The notes under the pieces were generated by a model that saw only the letters and a program-made list of their open reading frames with translations, was not told the origin of the DNA and made no database searches. From Vulcanimicrobiota bacterium (GTDB lineage Bacteria; Vulcanimicrobiota; CADAWZ01; Ess09-12): a stretch of 64,000 bases of DNA. Shown here one piece after another: positions 36,870-52,408 of this stretch (position 1 is the first letter of the stretch; the number at the start of each line of letters is the position of its first letter). A program made the translations under genes and the position numbers. Location of the stretch: the NCBI GenBank assembly GCA_031082125.1, contig JAVHLM010000007.1, positions 102,669 through 166,668 of the forward strand. The letters run 5' to 3'.

Positions 36870-39503
36870 ATGGATATCTTGAGAACGCTCCTCTCTCTTT
36901 TTGCCCGGTGTGTCGCGTCGCTCCGCTACCGCGTGAGGGTTACGGGCCTTGAGAAGGTGAAGGGCCACCTGGCTAAAACGCTGGTCCTTGCCAATCACCC
37001 TTCCCTCTCCGAGCCGGTCATTACCATCGCCACCCTGTGGCCTGTGCTGCGCGTCCGTCCCATGCTCTACTCCGTCAACTTCCAGCACCCGCTCCTCCGC
37101 TGGATTATGAAGGCCCTGGACGCCGTCGAGGTGCCCGTAATGGAGAACCTCTCGGCTGAAGCCAGGGAAGGGGCCGGAAAGGCGGTACAGCAGGTCATTG
37201 AGGGCCTGAGATCGGGAGAAAATATTGTGATGTGGCCCGCAGGCAAGATCTACCGCCAGCCATACGAGCGCCTGGGCGGAGCGAGCGCCCTCGCAGAGAT
37301 CCTCAGGGCAGTGCCCGATGCGAGAATTGTCGTGATAAGAACCAGGGGCATGTGGGGGAGCATGTTCTCTTATGCCTATAACGGCAGGAACCCCGATATC
37401 CCCCGCTGCCTCAGGGCGGGCCTGCGATTTCTTATCACCAGCCTTGTGTTTTTCGGCCCGCGCCGTGAAGTCGAGGTGACGGTCGAGGAAATAGAGCGCT
37501 CGGCACTGCCAGGCTTCGAAAAGGAACAGGTGAACCCCTTCTTTGATCAATGGTACAATTCCCCGGGGCCTGAAGAGCCAGTTTATGTCCCCTACCATGC
37601 CTTCCTGGCCCCGCGGTCCTATCAATTTCCCGCTCTCATCAGTGAGCCAACAGTGGATTTCGAGAAGATAAGGCCCGCCACTCTTGAAGCGGTGAAATCC
37701 ATGCTTGAAGAGTATCTCGGGAGAGCCATCGGCGGCGGCGATCTGGGCCCCGGAACAATGCTTGAGGACCTGGGGCTTGACAGCCTGGGGAGGATGGAGG
37801 TCTCGCTCCTTGTGCAGGGGCGCTTCGGCTTCGCCGGCAGCAAGGTCCCCGCCACGTTCGGAGAGCTTTCCGCCCTCGCTGAAGGGCTTTTCGAGAGGGG
37901 CAGGAAGGCGGTCAGACCCGCTCCTCCCCTCTGGTTCAGGGAACCCCGAAAGCCGCAGCTTGAGCAGATCCGGGGAGAGACCATCCAGGAAGCTTTCGTG
38001 AGAACGGCTCTGGCCCTCAGGGACGACATGGCATCTGCCGACGATGCGAGCGGGGCTCTCACCTATGAAAGGCTTCTCATCACGGCGCTCTTGCTGTCAA
38101 GGAGAATCAAGGCTTTACCCGGCAAGTCAGTAGGTATCCTTCTCCCTTCTTCAACGGCCTGCGCGGCAGTCTTTTTCGCCACCCATATGGCGGGGATGCT
38201 TCCTGTCATGCTGAACTGGACTACGGGCCCCGGCGCCATGGCCCATGGGGCAAAAATTACGGGGCTTGAGGTGATAGTCACAAGCAGGGCCTTCGTAGAC
38301 CGCGCAGCGATAAAAGTTGAAGGGCCCTCCATGCGGTATCTGGAGGATATCAAGGCTAGCATAGGAATAGGGGAGCAACTCTTTGCGCTTATGAAGGTCC
38401 GGCTTTCCGGCGCCGCCCTCCTCAGGGCTCTCCAGGCCTCTTCTCCCGATGACACGGCGGTGGTCCTTTTCACCTCCGGCTCAGAGAAGGCTCCCAAGGC
38501 TGTCCCTCTCACTCACAGGAACCTTTTAAGAAACACGAGGTCGGGCCTCGCTGCCCTGAAGCCCACACGACATGACAGCCTCCTTGCCATTCTCCCCCCG
38601 TTCCACAGCTTCGGCCTTACGGCCACCCTGTTGCTTCCTCTTCTGTCGGGCATCAAGGTGGTCCATCACCCCGATCCCACCGATGCGGCAGCTCTTGTGC
38701 AGAAGATTACCGCTTATAAGCCCACGTCACTTTACTGCACCCCCACATTTCTCTCCTATATCCTTGAGCGGGCAGGCAAGGGGCAACTGGCAAGCCTTGC
38801 CACGGTCGTGACGGGTGCAGAGAAATGCCCTCCCTCCCTCTTCAGGAAGCTGGGGGAGATGGCGCCGCGGGCTGTGCTCTTCGAGGGTTACGGGATCACT
38901 GAGTGCTCACCCATAGTGTCGCTTAACTGCCCCGGCAGCATGAAGGAGGGGACCATAGGGAAGGCCGCTCCCGGTGTCGAGGTGAAGGTAGTGGACCTTG
39001 AGAGCTTCAGGCCTCTTCCCCCTGGAGAAAGGGGAATGCTCCTTGTGAGCGGGCCCAGTGTTTTTTCGGGGTACCTCGCTTCCGACGGGCTTGAGCCTTT
39101 CATGGAACTCGAGGGAAAAAGCTGGTACATTGCAGGTGATCTTGTCTTCATTGACAGTGAGGGGTTCATCACCTTCTGCGGGAGGCTGAAGCGCTTCCTA
39201 AAAGCAGGCGGCGAGATGATATCCCTCCCGGCGCTTGAAGAGCCATTCTCGGCGCGCTATCCTGCCACCAGGGAGGAGGGGCCACTTGTTGCCGTTGAGG
39301 GCCTTGAATATGACGGGGGAAGAAAGGTGGTCCTCTTCACTGCCGTGGACATTTCCCTTGCCGAGGCCAATGCCATTCTCGCAGAAAAAGGCATGAAAGG
39401 GATAATGCGCATCGATGAGGTGAAAAGGCTGGAGAGCATTCCTGTGCTGGGGACGGGGAAAATCGATTACAAGGTCCTCAGGGGACTGCTGGAGGAGAGG
39501 TAG
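36870..39503 (+). CDS. Aas-like acyltransferase + ACP + AMP-dependent acyl ligase
   Basis: NHPS..EP and WPAG acyltransferase motifs, LGLDSL ACP serine motif, FTSGSEKAPK, GYGITE, GDL. Start probably ATG 36870; the ORF track start is 36807. Confidence 0.88.
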   Translation: MDILRTLLSLFARCVASLRYRVRVTGLEKVKGHLAKTLVLANHPSLSEPVITIATLWPVLRVRPMLYSVNFQHPLLRWIMKALDAVEVPVMENLSAEAREGAGKAVQQVIEGLRSGENIVMWPAGKIYRQPYERLGGASALAEILRAVPDARIVVIRTRGMWGSMFSYAYNGRNPDIPRCLRAGLRFLITSLVFFGPRREVEVTVEEIERSALPGFEKEQVNPFFDQWYNSPGPEEPVYVPYHAFLAPRSYQFPALISEPTVDFEKIRPATLEAVKSMLEEYLGRAIGGGDLGPGTMLEDLGLDSLGRMEVSLLVQGRFGFAGSKVPATFGELSALAEGLFERGRKAVRPAPPLWFREPRKPQLEQIRGETIQEAFVRTALALRDDMASADDASGALTYERLLITALLLSRRIKALPGKSVGILLPSSTACAAVFFATHMAGMLPVMLNWTTGPGAMAHGAKITGLEVIVTSRAFVDRAAIKVEGPSMRYLEDIKASIGIGEQLFALMKVRLSGAALLRALQASSPDDTAVVLFTSGSEKAPKAVPLTHRNLLRNTRSGLAALKPTRHDSLLAILPPFHSFGLTATLLLPLLSGIKVVHHPDPTDAAALVQKITAYKPTSLYCTPTFLSYILERAGKGQLASLATVVTGAEKCPPSLFRKLGEMAPRAVLFEGYGITECSPIVSLNCPGSMKEGTIGKAAPGVEVKVVDLESFRPLPPGERGMLLVSGPSVFSGYLASDGLEPFMELEGKSWYIAGDLVFIDSEGFITFCGRLKRFLKAGGEMISLPALEEPFSARYPATREEGPLVAVEGLEYDGGRKVVLFTAVDISLAEANAILAEKGMKGIMRIDEVKRLESIPVLGTGKIDYKVLRGLLEER

Positions 39504-39591
39504 CCATGAGAGAAACAGGCATGGCTGGTTTACCCTGAAGGCTTCAGCTTGTAGAATAAAGAAGAGCGAAAAATGCCCCGGAGGAGGAGCG

Positions 39592-41286
39592 ATGGATGAG
39601 AAGGCTTACCTTGAGAAGGCACAGGCTCTTTTCGGCGCCGCCGTATCAGGAGATGCTGAGGTAATAAGGAGCCTGCTGAAGCAGTGCCCCGGCCTCATCA
39701 GTGCGAGGACTGAGAAGAGGGGTACGGCGCTCCATCTTGCCTCAGCCATGGGTATGAAGGTGGCAGCCGAGGTTCTGCTGGACCATGGTGTGGGAATCGA
39801 CGAGCGCGACGATGACGGCATGACGGCCCTTCACGCAGCCCTCATCGAGGGAAGACTCAACGTGGCGGAGTTTCTCGTGGCAAAAGGTGCCGATGTGGCG
39901 CTGAAGGATTGCAGGGCGGGCGGTACTCCTCTTCACATCGCCGCCGTCAAGGGCATAGTGCCCCTCGCTGAGTTTCTCTGTGACAGAGGGGCCCCGGTAA
40001 ACCTGAAAGACCTGCAGGGCTGCACCCCCCTTTATTGGGCTGTCACATACGGCCACGAGGAGATGGCGCGCTTCCTCCTCTCCCGCGGCGCCTCCGTGAA
40101 CGAGGCTGAGAATAACGGAGCCACGCCTCTCCACAGCGCCGTTTCAGCCGCTTCCATGGCGCTGGTGAAGATTCTCGCGGAGGGGGGAGCGTCTCTCAAT
40201 GCCGCAGATAACAGTCTTCTTACCCCCCTTCACTGCGCGGCCATGAGGGGTAATATCGAGATTGCTGAATACCTCCTCACCCACGGTGCCGATCCCGACC
40301 TGAGCGACAGCCATGCGGGGACACCCCTGTATTTTGCTGCCGCCCGTGGATTTATGAACATGGTGGAGCTTTTGATCATCAGGGGCGTGAGGGATATCGA
40401 GGGGCCCATGGCGATGGCAGCCTGGAGAGGGCAGAATGCTGTTGTTGAGTACCTGGCAGAGAAAGGAGCCGACGTCAATGCTCCTGACCCCGAAGGCAAT
40501 ACCCCTCTTCATGCAGCCTCGGCAAAAAACAACGTGAAGCTTGCCGAGTTCCTGCTGAAAAGGGGTGCCAGGACTGATGCCGTGAACGATATGGGCTTCA
40601 CCCCCATCTTTCTTGCAAGACAGCGGGGGAGCGTTGAAATGATGGAGTATCTCATTATGAAAGGCGCCGGTAAAATGTCTGCCCCTCGGGAGTGGGATGC
40701 AGTGAAGATATCTGAACGGACCGATAAGAATGACAGAGAGTTTGCCTCACTGGTCAAAAGCCTTGAAGAGGGAAGAAGGGACGTAGACTTCCTGCTTCTT
40801 CGCCGCCTCTACACGGGAACTTCCCACTACGCTCCCTATTCAGGCGAATGTGAACGCCTCAACGGCCAGGCTGACGAAGCCGCCGCCGGAGGGAGGCAGG
40901 CGGAGGCTCTTGAGATCATGAAAGAACTCCTCAAGGTGAAATACGTGGACTTCACTGTCCATCTATTCCTGGCGAACCTCTGCAGGGATCTGGGGTTCCA
41001 GGAGCTTGAGGCCCGTCACCACTTTATTTTCAGGGGCCTGCTGCGCGCCGTCGTTGAATCCGGTGATGGTATGTCTGCAGAGACCGCCTACAGGGTCATT
41101 GATGTGAAGGAGGAATATGACCTCATGCCCTGGCTTGGCGATTACGAGATAATGGGCCAGAGCCTCGTTGCCGAAGGCGGCCATGAATGCGATCTCATGG
41201 AAGTGAAGCACCGTGCCACAGGGGAGCATCAGTGGATCTTTTTCAACATCGATGCCCTGGCCGTCGCCAGAAAAAAATTCCTTTAG
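39592..41286 (+). CDS. Ankyrin-repeat protein with C-terminal DUF4919-like domain
   Basis: About 9-10 G.TPLH.A ankyrin repeats; C-terminal SGDG.SAETAY.VI...EEY motif. Confidence 0.85.
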   Translation: MDEKAYLEKAQALFGAAVSGDAEVIRSLLKQCPGLISARTEKRGTALHLASAMGMKVAAEVLLDHGVGIDERDDDGMTALHAALIEGRLNVAEFLVAKGADVALKDCRAGGTPLHIAAVKGIVPLAEFLCDRGAPVNLKDLQGCTPLYWAVTYGHEEMARFLLSRGASVNEAENNGATPLHSAVSAASMALVKILAEGGASLNAADNSLLTPLHCAAMRGNIEIAEYLLTHGADPDLSDSHAGTPLYFAAARGFMNMVELLIIRGVRDIEGPMAMAAWRGQNAVVEYLAEKGADVNAPDPEGNTPLHAASAKNNVKLAEFLLKRGARTDAVNDMGFTPIFLARQRGSVEMMEYLIMKGAGKMSAPREWDAVKISERTDKNDREFASLVKSLEEGRRDVDFLLLRRLYTGTSHYAPYSGECERLNGQADEAAAGGRQAEALEIMKELLKVKYVDFTVHLFLANLCRDLGFQELEARHHFIFRGLLRAVVESGDGMSAETAYRVIDVKEEYDLMPWLGDYEIMGQSLVAEGGHECDLMEVKHRATGEHQWIFFNIDALAVARKKFL

Positions 41287-41296
41287 CAGACAGGCG

Positions 41297-41324
41297 CTCT
41301 AGCCCCGGCCCTCTAGCCCCGGCC
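41297..41324. repeat. 14-bp perfect tandem duplication
   Basis: CTCTAGCCCCGGCC x2, spanning the stop codon of the 41313-42329 gene. Confidence 0.85.
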
Positions 41325-42329
41325 CTCGTGGCGGATCTTCTCTTCCTCGTGGCGGATCTGCCTGTGGATTTTTCCGGCCTCCATGAATTTCTTGTCGATG
41401 ACGAGGAGATATTTTTCTATATACATCTTTGAAAGGGTGTCGTACTGATCTCCCTGCTCCACGAGGGTCCTGCAGAACTGGTCCAGGTCGTCGCCGCTGC
41501 AGAAGGGGGGCTGGCTTTCCTTGATTTTATAAATCTGCTCGATGGTCTGGAGGGCCTTTTCGGTCCTGTGCTCGCCTATGTGCTTCCTGGTGAGATCCCG
41601 GAGCTCATCGAGTCTCTTGAGGGTAAAGAACGATTCTATGTCCTCGCTGCATTCCTGGACAATGTATTTGTTCTCTGCCACAAGGTTGGTGAATCTCTTG
41701 ATGTAGAGCTCCGAAATCTTATCCGCTATAGCCCCTGGGACGACGACGATGTTCAGGAAGCGGTCAAAGTCGGGATCGCTTTCAAGCCTCAGCTTCCTTA
41801 TCTCCCCTGCGATCTCATATACATTATTGAGATCCGCGTCCCTCTCGAGCCCGAGGCGCAACTGGCCCACGAGCTGGGTGATCCTGGCCACTTTTTTTGA
41901 GCTGTCGGTCTTTCTGAGCTTCTTTTTCAGGTGCTCCAGGTTGAGATCGGAAGGGCCGGACGTGACGAAGACCTTCTTTTTCTGCTCCATCTCCAGGTAG
42001 CTCGAGATAAAGGCGTTGAGGTACTCGGAGAGCGCCTTTCTCATCCTTGTCCGCACAGATTTGGCCGTGGCCCTCCCACAGTCTACTATGGTGGCGTTTC
42101 TCTCCCGGGCTTCGCTGATGACCCTCTCAATATTTGCTACAGGAATGGGCTCATGCACCATGATGGGATACATGAAGCTGAGCTGATCAGCCTTGAGCAT
42201 GTCGGACTCCTGGAGCTCCACCGGGGAGATGGTGAGATATGAGGCAAAGTGTATCTTGTTCTGAAGAGAAGTGTTCTCTATCCAGTAAAGAAGGGCGCTG
42301 CTTTTAGGGGTGCCGCGGAATTTAATCAT
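41313..42329 (-). CDS. Hypothetical protein, UPF0302/YpiB-like N-terminus with duplicated helical C-terminal domain
   Basis: ALLYWI...LQNKIHF resembles the YpiB N-terminus from recall. Two D.(L/F)D.F...G...D.(I/L)S.(L/M)YI.+ segments. Confidence 0.45.
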   Translation of the reverse strand: MIKFRGTPKSSALLYWIENTSLQNKIHFASYLTISPVELQESDMLKADQLSFMYPIMVHEPIPVANIERVISEARERNATIVDCGRATAKSVRTRMRKALSEYLNAFISSYLEMEQKKKVFVTSGPSDLNLEHLKKKLRKTDSSKKVARITQLVGQLRLGLERDADLNNVYEIAGEIRKLRLESDPDFDRFLNIVVVPGAIADKISELYIKRFTNLVAENKYIVQECSEDIESFFTLKRLDELRDLTRKHIGEHRTEKALQTIEQIYKIKESQPPFCSGDDLDQFCRTLVEQGDQYDTLSKMYIEKYLLVIDKKFMEAGKIHRQIRHEEEKIRHEGRG

Positions 42330-42360
42330 GTGCCCTTATGACCTCCCTTATTATTTCCTG

Positions 42361-42891
42361 TCACTCCTTGGCGGTACTCTTGGACGTGCGGAAGAAAAAG
42401 TCCACGTTACCGATGGTCACCGAGTCGCCTTCGGTAAGGATCTGCTCCTTTACCCTCTGGTTATTGACAAAAAGCCCGTTCCTGCTCCCGAGATCCCTGA
42501 TGATGCAGCTGTCCTGGTTCCTCACAAGCTCTGCGTGGGAACGTGATATGGAATCATCGTTGAGGAAAATATCACTCTTCACATCTCTTCCCACGACCAC
42601 ACGATCCTTGATGAGGGGATAGCCGGCCTTCGAGGCGTCCTTCCTGGGAATGAGCCATCCCCAGGTCTGGTCGCTTTTGACAAGGGGAGGGGGCATCTCG
42701 CCGAAAGGCCTCTCCAGCTTGATAAGGATGAGCTGCGCCGCCCCTATGAAGACCGCGAGAAAAAAGAAGATTGCTATCACGCACAGAGTCGATGAGGCAT
42801 TGAATTCATTCTTGAGCACCTGGGCTGAGACGAGCCCCACGGTGCATCCCATCACGATGAAGAGGGCATTTATCAGAATTCTTTTCAGCAC
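42361..42891 (-). CDS. Membrane-anchored FHA domain protein
   Basis: Two N-terminal TM helices; VGRD, ISRSHA, DLGSRNG. Confidence 0.9.
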   Translation of the reverse strand: MLKRILINALFIVMGCTVGLVSAQVLKNEFNASSTLCVIAIFFFLAVFIGAAQLILIKLERPFGEMPPPLVKSDQTWGWLIPRKDASKAGYPLIKDRVVVGRDVKSDIFLNDDSISRSHAELVRNQDSCIIRDLGSRNGLFVNNQRVKEQILTEGDSVTIGNVDFFFRTSKSTAKE

Positions 42892-42907
42892 TGCATCTCA
42901 CTCTCCT

Positions 42908-45382
42908 TCAGGGAAGCTGAAAGCTTTTACCCGGCACCATTTTCCCGTCAGGCGGTCTCTGCGCCCCCGTCCATTCCGTGGAACAGCAGCGCCTGTCCTT
43001 GAACTGCATGGTGGCGGAGGCACCTTTAAAACTGCCGGCAGTGAAGAGCTCATCAAGAGAGTTCCTGAGCTGGAGCCTTGTAAAGCTGTTCTTTTCTATT
43101 GAGCGCGCCACCATCATCAGGGCGTCAAAGGCGTTGAAAGGGCCCCGGGGCGCTCCCTTGTATATTGCTTCGAAAGCCCTCCCGTATTCGCTGAAGAGAG
43201 AGTTTTTTTCAAGAGCGTCGGAGGGAAGGGCTGACCAGAGAGGTCCCCGGGGAAGGGATTTAAGGCCCATGCTGTCGAGCCGGGCAAAGGTCGGGGGCAG
43301 CATCAGGATTGGGCTGGAGAGCTTGTCGCTGGCACACTGCGCCATGAGCGATGAAAAGTATTCCCTCTCCTTTGCGGAATCCGTGGGAAGGGCCATTACC
43401 ACGAGGTCAGGTCCCCCTTTTACCAGAAGGTTTGAGAAAGTGAGGACGTCATCTTCCCCTTCCGAGTGGGTGAGCTCAATGGGTGTCTGAGCTGATGCCA
43501 GCTCCTTGAAAAAAGCATCTTTCGTGAACAGGCTGTTCTTCGCCGCCGATACTATGGCGGCCTTGCGGGCTTTCAGCTCATCGCGTGCCAGGCGGCCAAG
43601 AGCCTGGGAATCAAGACCCCGGGGGACCGTGCAGGAATAAACGGCGCCCGAAAGCTGCGGGGCAAATGACTGGTCGTCGCCGAAGACAATAATGGGAAGA
43701 GGCGCTGCCTCCCCAGGATTCTTAAAAATCTTCTGCTCCTGGAATGCCGTGTCGGAGAGCATGGCGAGCATGTCAGGGTTCTCCAGGCACTCCTTTATCA
43801 GGCTCTCTTTCCTGTAGTCCTCCTTCTTATGGATCTTCGGCATGATGACAACCTTTTTGCCGTTTATGCCACCGCGCTTGTTGATGAGCCACTGCGCAAG
43901 GGCAAGATCCCTGTATGTGCCCCTGTTCTCTTCGTGCGCCCGGCATCCGTTGGTTGAGATCAGCAGGGCCAGCGTGACCCTGTCGGACCCCGAGGCGAGC
44001 GCATAGGCGTTGTTGAGATAGAGAAGCACCTCGCCGTCGTCAGGATTGCTCTCCCTCACTGCTTCCAAAGCTTCAAAGGCCTTCCTGAAGCTTCCCTTGT
44101 CTATCCATGCAATGCCTTTCCTGACCATCTGGTCCTCAGGAAAGCTGCTGTTGTAATCAACGGTTTCCCCCTGGCCCCTGGTAAGGCGCTCCAGTGAGGC
44201 AAGGGCCATCTGCCAGTAACGGGCTCCATTTTCCTTCAGGAGAAAGTAACCCGCCGTTGCTATCAGAGCCACGATGAGCAGGAGCACCGCGATGGTCTTG
44301 AAGCGCCCCTTCTTAGCTTGCTTGAGTGCGCCGATGGGGGGCGATCCTTTTTTCTGGGGCGCTGAAGCCATAGCTCCCTGTTGTGCCTGGGGCTGCTGCA
44401 TACCAGGCGGCGCCTGCTGCTGCGGGGGAGGAGGCATCTGCGGATAGCTGGCGGGGACTGTCTGGGAAACGCCCCCCTGCTGGGGCAAGGCAGGGGGCAT
44501 GAGGTTTGGCACCGTGCCTCCCGGACCCGCAAGGGGAGCTGAAAACTTTGCTGGCGACGTGGACTCGATGCCCAGGAATGACTGGAAGTCCCGCTTCATA
44601 TCAAGGGCATTCTGGTAGCGCCTGTCAGGGTCAATCTGGATGGCCTTCTCTATTATTTCCGCCATCCGTGGCGAGATGGAGGGGTTCAGGTTCCTTACGG
44701 GGGGGAATTTGAAGGGTGTCTGGGTGCTTGCCGGGTCATACTTGGTGAGGAGCTGGTAGAGGGTGACCCCCAGGGAGAAGATATCGGACCGGGGATCAGT
44801 CTGGCCGCTGTATTGCTCGGGTGGCGCGTAGCCCGGGGAGCCGATTCGCATCGTGTCGCCCTTCTTCGCCGGTGAGAAATGCCGGGCAATGCCGAAATCG
44901 ATGAGCTTGATGGTGTTGTTTGCCGAGAGCATCACGTTGGAGGGCTTCATATCCCTGAAGACCACCGGCGGCTCCTGGCGGTGGAGGAAATAGAGCACCG
45001 TAGCCACCTGGATACCCCACTCGGCCACCTGTTTCTCAGGGACGGGCCCCGGCGACTCCGTGAGTATCCTGGAGAGGTCCCTCCCCTCCACAAACTCCAT
45101 GACGAAATATGATTTGTTGTTCTCATGAAAGAAATCGTTCACCTTGGGGAGGTTCTTGTGCTCAAGCCTGGCGAGGAGATCGGCCTCCCTTCTGAAGTGT
45201 TCCTGGGCTTTCACCTGTTCCCTGGGATCGCTGTACTGGGCGGCGAGCTCCTTGATGACCCACTTTTTACCCGGCAGGCGCAGGTCCTCGCAAAGGTAAA
45301 GGTTGCTCATCCCGCCCTTGGCGAAATTGCTGAGTATCCTGTAGCGTCCCGAGAGCATTGTACCATTAGGAAGCATGGGCAC
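42908..45382 (-). CDS. Ser/Thr kinase with TM helix and extracellular type-I periplasmic-binding (Leu/Ile/Val-like) domain
   Basis: KGGM, VIKE, FRDMKPSN, DFG and APPE intact; Pro/Gln linker; INKRGGINGKKV binding-protein motif. Confidence 0.9.
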   Translation of the reverse strand: MPMLPNGTMLSGRYRILSNFAKGGMSNLYLCEDLRLPGKKWVIKELAAQYSDPREQVKAQEHFRREADLLARLEHKNLPKVNDFFHENNKSYFVMEFVEGRDLSRILTESPGPVPEKQVAEWGIQVATVLYFLHRQEPPVVFRDMKPSNVMLSANNTIKLIDFGIARHFSPAKKGDTMRIGSPGYAPPEQYSGQTDPRSDIFSLGVTLYQLLTKYDPASTQTPFKFPPVRNLNPSISPRMAEIIEKAIQIDPDRRYQNALDMKRDFQSFLGIESTSPAKFSAPLAGPGGTVPNLMPPALPQQGGVSQTVPASYPQMPPPPQQQAPPGMQQPQAQQGAMASAPQKKGSPPIGALKQAKKGRFKTIAVLLLIVALIATAGYFLLKENGARYWQMALASLERLTRGQGETVDYNSSFPEDQMVRKGIAWIDKGSFRKAFEALEAVRESNPDDGEVLLYLNNAYALASGSDRVTLALLISTNGCRAHEENRGTYRDLALAQWLINKRGGINGKKVVIMPKIHKKEDYRKESLIKECLENPDMLAMLSDTAFQEQKIFKNPGEAAPLPIIVFGDDQSFAPQLSGAVYSCTVPRGLDSQALGRLARDELKARKAAIVSAAKNSLFTKDAFFKELASAQTPIELTHSEGEDDVLTFSNLLVKGGPDLVVMALPTDSAKEREYFSSLMAQCASDKLSSPILMLPPTFARLDSMGLKSLPRGPLWSALPSDALEKNSLFSEYGRAFEAIYKGAPRGPFNAFDALMMVARSIEKNSFTRLQLRNSLDELFTAGSFKGASATMQFKDRRCCSTEWTGAQRPPDGKMVPGKSFQLP

Positions 45383-45389
45383 TTCCTCC

Positions 45390-46355
45390 TTAAGGCTTTA
45401 CGAAAAAATAGTAAGCAAGGAAAAGCACTGCCCCTATTATAACAGCAAGAAGAATCCCGAGCAACCAGTTGAGGAGAGCACCCTTTGCCGTGGGGCTCTC
45501 TTTTGCAGGGGCCGCCGTCTCCACGCGGAGCGACTTGAGGACCTGCAGGAGATCGCGCTTCATGTCGTTGAGGGTCTGGTAGCGCTTCTTGGGATCGATC
45601 TCCGTGGCCCTGTTGATGATGTCCTGGACGCTTTTTGAGATCATCGGGTTCAGGAGGCTTATAGGCTTGAGATCAAAGGGCGACGACGAAGGGTTCACGT
45701 TGGTGAGGGCGTGATACATGAAAGCCCCGAGGCTGTATACAAGAGAGCGGATGTCGAAGGCCGCGTCTTCTGAGAACTGCTCCGGCGAGGCATACTCCAT
45801 CGAGCCCAGCCTGCTCAGGTTTTCCGTGTCGGACTCGGTCTGGAATATCCTCGCAAGCCCCAGATCGATGAGCTTTATGCCGGCGTTCCCCGTGTCAATG
45901 ATGTTCCCCATATGGAACTCCCTGAAGAAGATGGCAGGCATTTTCTTGCCGAAGAAGAAAGAGAGGGCCTCAGCAAGCTGCACGGACCACGTGAGCACCT
46001 CGATCTCTGTGAATGGCCTCTGGTTAATCTTTGAAAGGGAGGCCAGATCATTGCCCGGGACATAATCGCGGACGATGTACAGGTTGCTTCCCTCGACGAA
46101 GAAGTCCACGACGGTGGCGATCACCGGGTGGGAGATGGCAGCGATCTCCGAGGCCTCCTGCTGGAATTTCCTGATGGTCCTGCTTCTCTCATGGCTGTCT
46201 ATGGCTACCATCTGCATCTCGCGGAGAACCCAGGATTTCCCTGCCATGTGGAGATCATTGACAAAATATATGTTGATGAGCTTTGTCTCAAAGAGCACCT
46301 TGTCTATGCGGTACCGAGACCTGAGTGTTGTGCCGATTGACTGCAAAGGTGGCAT
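45390..46355 (-). CDS. Membrane-anchored pseudokinase
   Basis: Kinase fold with no Gly loop (FETKLINIY), VLRE (K to R), FREFHMGN (D to E), DLG; C-terminal TM helix. Confidence 0.8.
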   Translation of the reverse strand: MPPLQSIGTTLRSRYRIDKVLFETKLINIYFVNDLHMAGKSWVLREMQMVAIDSHERSRTIRKFQQEASEIAAISHPVIATVVDFFVEGSNLYIVRDYVPGNDLASLSKINQRPFTEIEVLTWSVQLAEALSFFFGKKMPAIFFREFHMGNIIDTGNAGIKLIDLGLARIFQTESDTENLSRLGSMEYASPEQFSEDAAFDIRSLVYSLGAFMYHALTNVNPSSSPFDLKPISLLNPMISKSVQDIINRATEIDPKKRYQTLNDMKRDLLQVLKSLRVETAAPAKESPTAKGALLNWLLGILLAVIIGAVLFLAYYFFVKP

Positions 46356-46621
46356 TCTTCTCTCCCTCGCCTTCAGCTATATTCTTCTCCCTTTTCATGG
46401 TCATCTCCTATACTCGGAGGCAAAAATTTCGCCGGAGGCAGGGGGGGGCTCTGCGGGCAGAGGTCACCTTCGGGGGAATGACAGGGCTCATCACGCGGCA
46501 TGACAGGAATTAGGCGTTTTTCTGAGAACCATATAGTATTACTCCAGAGCATACAGACGACATCTTTATACTCGGGAATATACTATGTGCAAGTGAGCAA
46601 TTCATCCATTGGCGGTGCAGC

Positions 46622-52382
<5,761 letters not shown>

Positions 52383-52408
<26 letters not shown>

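Noticed and set aside
45470-45505. GAGAGC...GCTCTC-TTTT hairpin as a terminator
   Set aside because: It lies inside the pseudokinase CDS on the opposite strand, with no plus-strand gene ending there.
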